A stretch of DNA of 64,000 nt, taken from NCBI GenBank assembly GCA_965223265.1, contig OZ244999.1, positions 64,001 through 128,000 on the forward strand, written 5' to 3'. Of this stretch, positions 59,853-64,000 are shown piece after piece. This stretch comes from Planctomycetota bacterium. GTDB lineage: Bacteria > Planctomycetota > UBA8108 > SXIK01. The position numbers and the translations under genes are program-made. Every line of letters starts with the position of its first letter. Position 1 is the first letter of the stretch. The notes under the pieces are model-generated. The model did not search any database. It saw nothing but the letters and a program-made list of their open reading frames with translations, and had not been told where the DNA came from.

Positions 59853-60671
59853 CTATTTTTCGGCTGCAACGATGTTCGAAACCATGCGTCCCATCGTTTC
59901 ACCGTCCGAGCTCAGCTCGCCGATGCGTTGAGCCATCGCATGGCGAAATGATGCCTGTTTTTCTTGGCTCAATGCGCGGAGTTTTGGCGCGATCGGCGTC
60001 GCGTAGGCGGCGTCGATCGCATGCTTCGCGCCACCTGGAAGAACGAGGTCCTGCTCTTGCTGTTTGACCTCCACGCTCGCGAATCCAGCCGCGTCAAAGT
60101 GTGAGGCGAGCTCCGTCTCGGGCATGAAATCGAAAGGCACGCGCATCGCATCGGCGATCTCTGATACTCCGATGCTGTTCAACGCGCTGCAGACCGCGCC
60201 GAAGAACTCGCACTCTGTCACAGGACGCCAAGTCGAGACGATGACACGGCCGCCCGGGCGAAGGACGCGATGCATCTCCTGCGCCGCGGCGCCTCGATCG
60301 GGAAAGAACTGAAATCCCTGTTGGCACACCACCACGTCGACCGTCGCATCCGCGACGTCAAGGGGGTGAGCAGGCGACTCGACAAAGCTGACGACGGAAT
60401 CGACGTCGGCGCAGCGTCTTTTCGCAATGGCTAGCATCTCCCCGTTGATATCGGCAGCGACAACTTTGCCGTCCGATCCAACCTGGTCTGCAAGCAGCCG
60501 AGCCACGATCCCCGTCCCAGTTGCGAGATCAAGGACCGCTCGTCCTGCCCACGGCTGATGCGCGCTGATGAGCCGCTCTGCCCATGGCTTGAAAAGAACG
60601 GGCACGAGGACATCGTCGTACGCGTTAGCTACCGATGTGTCACCGAATTCGAAGGTCTGCGATTCACTCAT
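59853..60671 (-). CDS. Class I SAM-dependent methyltransferase (UbiE-like)
   Basis: VLDLATGTG, DINGEML, RVLRPGG; GGAGGAG RBS before MSESQ. Confidence 0.88.
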   Translation of the reverse strand: MSESQTFEFGDTSVANAYDDVLVPVLFKPWAERLISAHQPWAGRAVLDLATGTGIVARLLADQVGSDGKVVAADINGEMLAIAKRRCADVDSVVSFVESPAHPLDVADATVDVVVCQQGFQFFPDRGAAAQEMHRVLRPGGRVIVSTWRPVTECEFFGAVCSALNSIGVSEIADAMRVPFDFMPETELASHFDAAGFASVEVKQQEQDLVLPGGAKHAIDAAYATPIAPKLRALSQEKQASFRHAMAQRIGELSSDGETMGRMVSNIVAAEK

Positions 60672-60705
60672 GACTCCTCCACGTCGACTTTGGAAACCCC
60701 ACAAC

Positions 60706-62184
60706 TCACGCCAAGAGTTTCTCGACAACCTGACCGCCAACGTTCGTCAGCCGCTGGTCGAGTCCGCCAAAGCGCTTGGAGAGCTTCAGGTGATCGAGTC
60801 CGAAAAGGTGCAGCAGCGTAGCATGGAAGTCGTTGATGTGCACCGGGTCTTCGACCGGCGCCCAGCCGAGCTCGTCGGTGCTGCCGACCACTTGGCCGCC
60901 TTTCACGCCGCCGCCCGCCATCCACAAGCTAAACGCGAACGGGTGATGGTCACGACCCGGCTTCTGACCGTTGCCCTCGTGATTGTCCGCGAGCGGTGTG
61001 CGTCCGAACTCGCCGGTGAAGACGACAAGCGTCGAGTCGAGGAGTCCACGCTGCTTGAGATCCGTGAGCAAAGCTGCCACCGGCTGATCCACGACGCTGC
61101 TGTTGTACTCGAGGTCCTTGTCGAGCGCGTCGTGGTGATCCCACGATGCGTGATAGAGATTCACGAAGCGGACGCCACGTTCGACGAGCCGCCGGGCCAA
61201 CAGGCAGTTGCGCGCGAACCCGGCGTGCGCGTAGGCGCTGTAGCCGCGATGGCGGCGGTTCTCCGGTTCGGGGCGATCGACGCCGTAGTCGCGCAGAGTC
61301 TTCTCCGTTTCGCCGGAAAGATCCATGAGCTCGGGTGCTGCGTTTTGCATGCGAAATGCTAGCTCATAGGAAGCGATGCGGCCTGCAATCTGCGGATCGC
61401 CCGAGACAGCGAATCGACGGTGGTTGAGCTCTTTCAGAACTTCGAGCCCTTGACGCTGCATCCGGCGCGAGACCCCCGGCGGGTTCTTGAGGTTGAGAAT
61501 TGGTTCCCCGGTTTCGCGTAGTGCGACACCTTCGTACGCGGACGGCAGAAAACCGCTCGACCAGTTGGACGTGCCACCGCTCGTGCCGGTTCCGGCCGAG
61601 AGAACGACGTATCCTGGCAGATCGCTCGACTCACTCCCGAGGCCATACGTCACCCATGATCCGACGCTTGGTCGCCCGAGGCGACCGACGCCACAGTTCA
61701 TCATGAGCTGCGCCGGATGGTGGTTGAATTCGTCGGTGTGCATTGAACGCACGAGCGCGATGTCGTCGGTGCAGGTGGCGATGTGCGGCAAGCGGTCTGA
61801 AATCTCCATGCCACAGTCGCCGTGCGGTGTGAACTTGCGCGGACTGCCTTTGAGCATCGCAGTCTTGGTGTTGATGAATGCGAATCGCACGTTCTTGGCC
61901 ATCGACTCTGGTAAGGGCTGGCCGTGTAGCTCGACCAGCTTCGGCTTCGGGTCGAAGAGATCGATCTGGCTTGGCGCGCCGGCCAAGAAGATGAAGATGC
62001 AGTTCTTCGCCCGCGGCTCGTGGTGCGGTGACTTGACGGCGAGAGGATTCTGAGCCTGCGCCTCGTTTGCGAGGAGACCGTCTCGCTCGAGGAGCGCCGC
62101 GCACGCCAGAGCGCCGAGACCACTGGCGCTGGTCGTCAAAAAGTGGCGACGTGATTGCTGGATGATTTCGTCGTTTAGATTCAT
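60706..62184 (-). CDS. DUF1501 domain protein
   Basis: SRRHFL, AKNCIFIFLAGAPSQ, GEFGRTP, GRDHHP. Confidence 0.92.
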   Translation of the reverse strand: MNLNDEIIQQSRRHFLTTSASGLGALACAALLERDGLLANEAQAQNPLAVKSPHHEPRAKNCIFIFLAGAPSQIDLFDPKPKLVELHGQPLPESMAKNVRFAFINTKTAMLKGSPRKFTPHGDCGMEISDRLPHIATCTDDIALVRSMHTDEFNHHPAQLMMNCGVGRLGRPSVGSWVTYGLGSESSDLPGYVVLSAGTGTSGGTSNWSSGFLPSAYEGVALRETGEPILNLKNPPGVSRRMQRQGLEVLKELNHRRFAVSGDPQIAGRIASYELAFRMQNAAPELMDLSGETEKTLRDYGVDRPEPENRRHRGYSAYAHAGFARNCLLARRLVERGVRFVNLYHASWDHHDALDKDLEYNSSVVDQPVAALLTDLKQRGLLDSTLVVFTGEFGRTPLADNHEGNGQKPGRDHHPFAFSLWMAGGGVKGGQVVGSTDELGWAPVEDPVHINDFHATLLHLFGLDHLKLSKRFGGLDQRLTNVGGQVVEKLLA

Positions 62185-62222
62185 GAGCTCCGGCTCTTGA
62201 TTCCTGCGTTTCGCGTGCATCT

Positions 62223-64000
62223 CTACTCGCGGGTGATGAACTCGTCTGTGTTGAGAAGCGTCCGCGCCACCGTGATCCATGCGGCGAGCTCCGGGTCCGG
62301 CGCGACGTCTTGGCGCTGTCTTTCATGACGATTCGCAGTCGACGTGCCGGGCAGCGCTCGTGTGATGGCGACAGCCGCCGAGCTGTCAGCCTCAAACTCG
62401 GTCAGTTGGTCGAGGTAGTAGGTGCTGAGGAGCGCAATTTCCCCGTCGGTCGGTCGCCGTCCTAAACCCATGAGGAATGCGCTCCGCAAACTGCGCTCGA
62501 CTGCGCCCTGGTCACGGGCGCCTGGGTCGCCGAGTTGATTCTTCGCGCCGGCCTCTCGGTGATGCAGAGCGATGCGACGGCCAAACGCCTGGGCGGCCTC
62601 GAAGAAGACGACGTCGTTCCATAGCGTCAGCGCCTGCAGGGGCGTGTTCGATCGTTCGCGCCGGGTACAGCTGGTGTTGGAATCGGCGGCGTCGAAGGTC
62701 GCGAACATCGGGTAAGGAACCGTACGCTGGAAGAACGTGTAAATGCCGCGACGGTAACGATCTCCGCCGCTACTTGTCGTCCACTTCACCCGGTTTTGAA
62801 ATCCGAGCTGGGCGACGCCCGCGGGCTGGGGCGGGAAGACGCTCGGACCGCCGAGGCGGCGATTGAGGAGGTTGCTCGCAGCGAGTGTCAGGTCGCGGAC
62901 GATCTCGGCTTCGACGCGTAGGCGCCTCTGGCGTGCGAGCAAGGTGCCGAGTGGGTCGCGCGCGGCGAGTTCCGGTCGCATTGCCGACGCTTGTCGGTAG
63001 GTCGATGACATGACGATGAGTCGATGCAGCGCCTTGAGGCTCCAGCCGCCGCGGCGCAGCTCGCTCGCTAACCAATCGAGGAGATCGGGGTGCGAAGGTT
63101 CTTCCCCCTGCGTGCCGAAATCGTTGTCTGAGGCAACGAGTCCGCGACCAAAGAACTGTTGCCAGACGCGGTTGACGATGACGCGCGCGGTGAGCGGATT
63201 CTGTGAATCGACAAGCCACTCTGCCAGATCGAGGCGATTTGGGCTGCTTGGTTGACCGGGCTCAGCCTCACGATCAGCGCCACGTCGCATCAGCTGCGGC
63301 AGTACACCAGGGACGCTGCGAGCGACGCGCACACCGCGGTTGAGAAAGTCGCCGCGGATGTGAACTTGTGTCGTACGCGGAGCTGCCAACTCGCTCACCG
63401 TCTGCGCTTTGATGACGTCGCGAGGATCCTTCGGTGCGCTGCGTGCGTGCTGTGCGGCGGCCGTGACCAAGGTGACAAGTTGCGCGTCGGCGTCGGCGAC
63501 GAAACTGTCGAGCTGACTCTTCTGCTCGCTGCTGCGATCGCGCTCGGCCAGCGTCAGGAGTTCTAAGACTTCCTTGGCTCGAACCGACAGGCTGTTACGT
63601 CCCTCGTGCTTTGCGATCGCCGCAAGATGCGCGGTTTGCTCCTTCTCGTAGGCGATCCTGGCGACTGCGTGCTCGTCCAAGTGACGCGGCAGGGGAGCCG
63701 GAATGTCGACCTCTTCTAGGCTGTTGAAGAAAGCATACAGGCTGTAGTATTCGCGCTGGCTCACCGGGTCATACTTGTGGCTATGACATTGTGCACAGCC
63801 GATCGTGAGGCCGAGCCAGACTTCACCAAGCGTGTTGGTGCGATCGACAGTGCGCTTGACGCGATCTTCTTCTCTGTCGACGCCGCCTTCGGTGTTGATG
63901 AGAGTGTTCCGGTGAAAACCGGTGGCGGTTCTTTGTTCCGTCGTTGCGTCGACGAGCAGATCCCCGGCGAGTTGCTCGATCGTGAACTCGTCGAATGGTT
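62223..64000 (-). CDS. DUF1549/DUF1553 protein, C-terminal part (runs off window end)
   Basis: Frame stays open to the window edge: EQLAGDLL...CAQCHSHKYDP, PSHPDLLDWLA, NTDEFITRE. Confidence 0.9.
   Translation of the reverse strand, partial: PFDEFTIEQLAGDLLVDATTEQRTATGFHRNTLINTEGGVDREEDRVKRTVDRTNTLGEVWLGLTIGCAQCHSHKYDPVSQREYYSLYAFFNSLEEVDIPAPLPRHLDEHAVARIAYEKEQTAHLAAIAKHEGRNSLSVRAKEVLELLTLAERDRSSEQKSQLDSFVADADAQLVTLVTAAAQHARSAPKDPRDVIKAQTVSELAAPRTTQVHIRGDFLNRGVRVARSVPGVLPQLMRRGADREAEPGQPSSPNRLDLAEWLVDSQNPLTARVIVNRVWQQFFGRGLVASDNDFGTQGEEPSHPDLLDWLASELRRGGWSLKALHRLIVMSSTYRQASAMRPELAARDPLGTLLARQRRLRVEAEIVRDLTLAASNLLNRRLGGPSVFPPQPAGVAQLGFQNRVKWTTSSGGDRYRRGIYTFFQRTVPYPMFATFDAADSNTSCTRRERSNTPLQALTLWNDVVFFEAAQAFGRRIALHHREAGAKNQLGDPGARDQGAVERSLRSAFLMGLGRRPTDGEIALLSTYYLDQLTEFEADSSAAVAITRALPGTSTANRHERQRQDVAPDPELAAWITVARTLLNTDEFITRE

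Overview
A GC-rich bacterial chromosomal window, most likely Planctomycetota, judged from four DUF1549/DUF1553 + DUF1501 gene pairs and a divergent EF-Ts. Most of it is housekeeping and catabolic content: dinB, tsf, hflKC, transporters, oxidoreductases and a MoxR/DUF58 operon. The standout is a nested mobile locus at 32670-35615. A 2683-bp element encoding a tyrosine recombinase and an IS91-type Y2/HUH protein sits inside the left terminal repeat of a ~253-bp MITE. Excising it at a shared AG|TT core restores a perfect 21-bp TIR pair and a 5-bp TSD (CTAAA), which fixes the element ends to within that 4-bp core. Joining the two ends rebuilds an attC-like AAC...GTT hairpin, and the right-end hairpin is tandemly amplified. 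This suggests a self-mobilising, cassette-like element that integrates by single-strand hairpin recombination rather than classical IS91 transposition (inference). Other notable items are a histidine kinase lacking the H-box His, a REP/MITE-like palindrome family, hexamer tracts, several domain fusions, an SH3b-MepA-like hydrolase and tandem palindromic operators upstream of a methyltransferase. All calls come from motif recognition by eye; no database searches were run.
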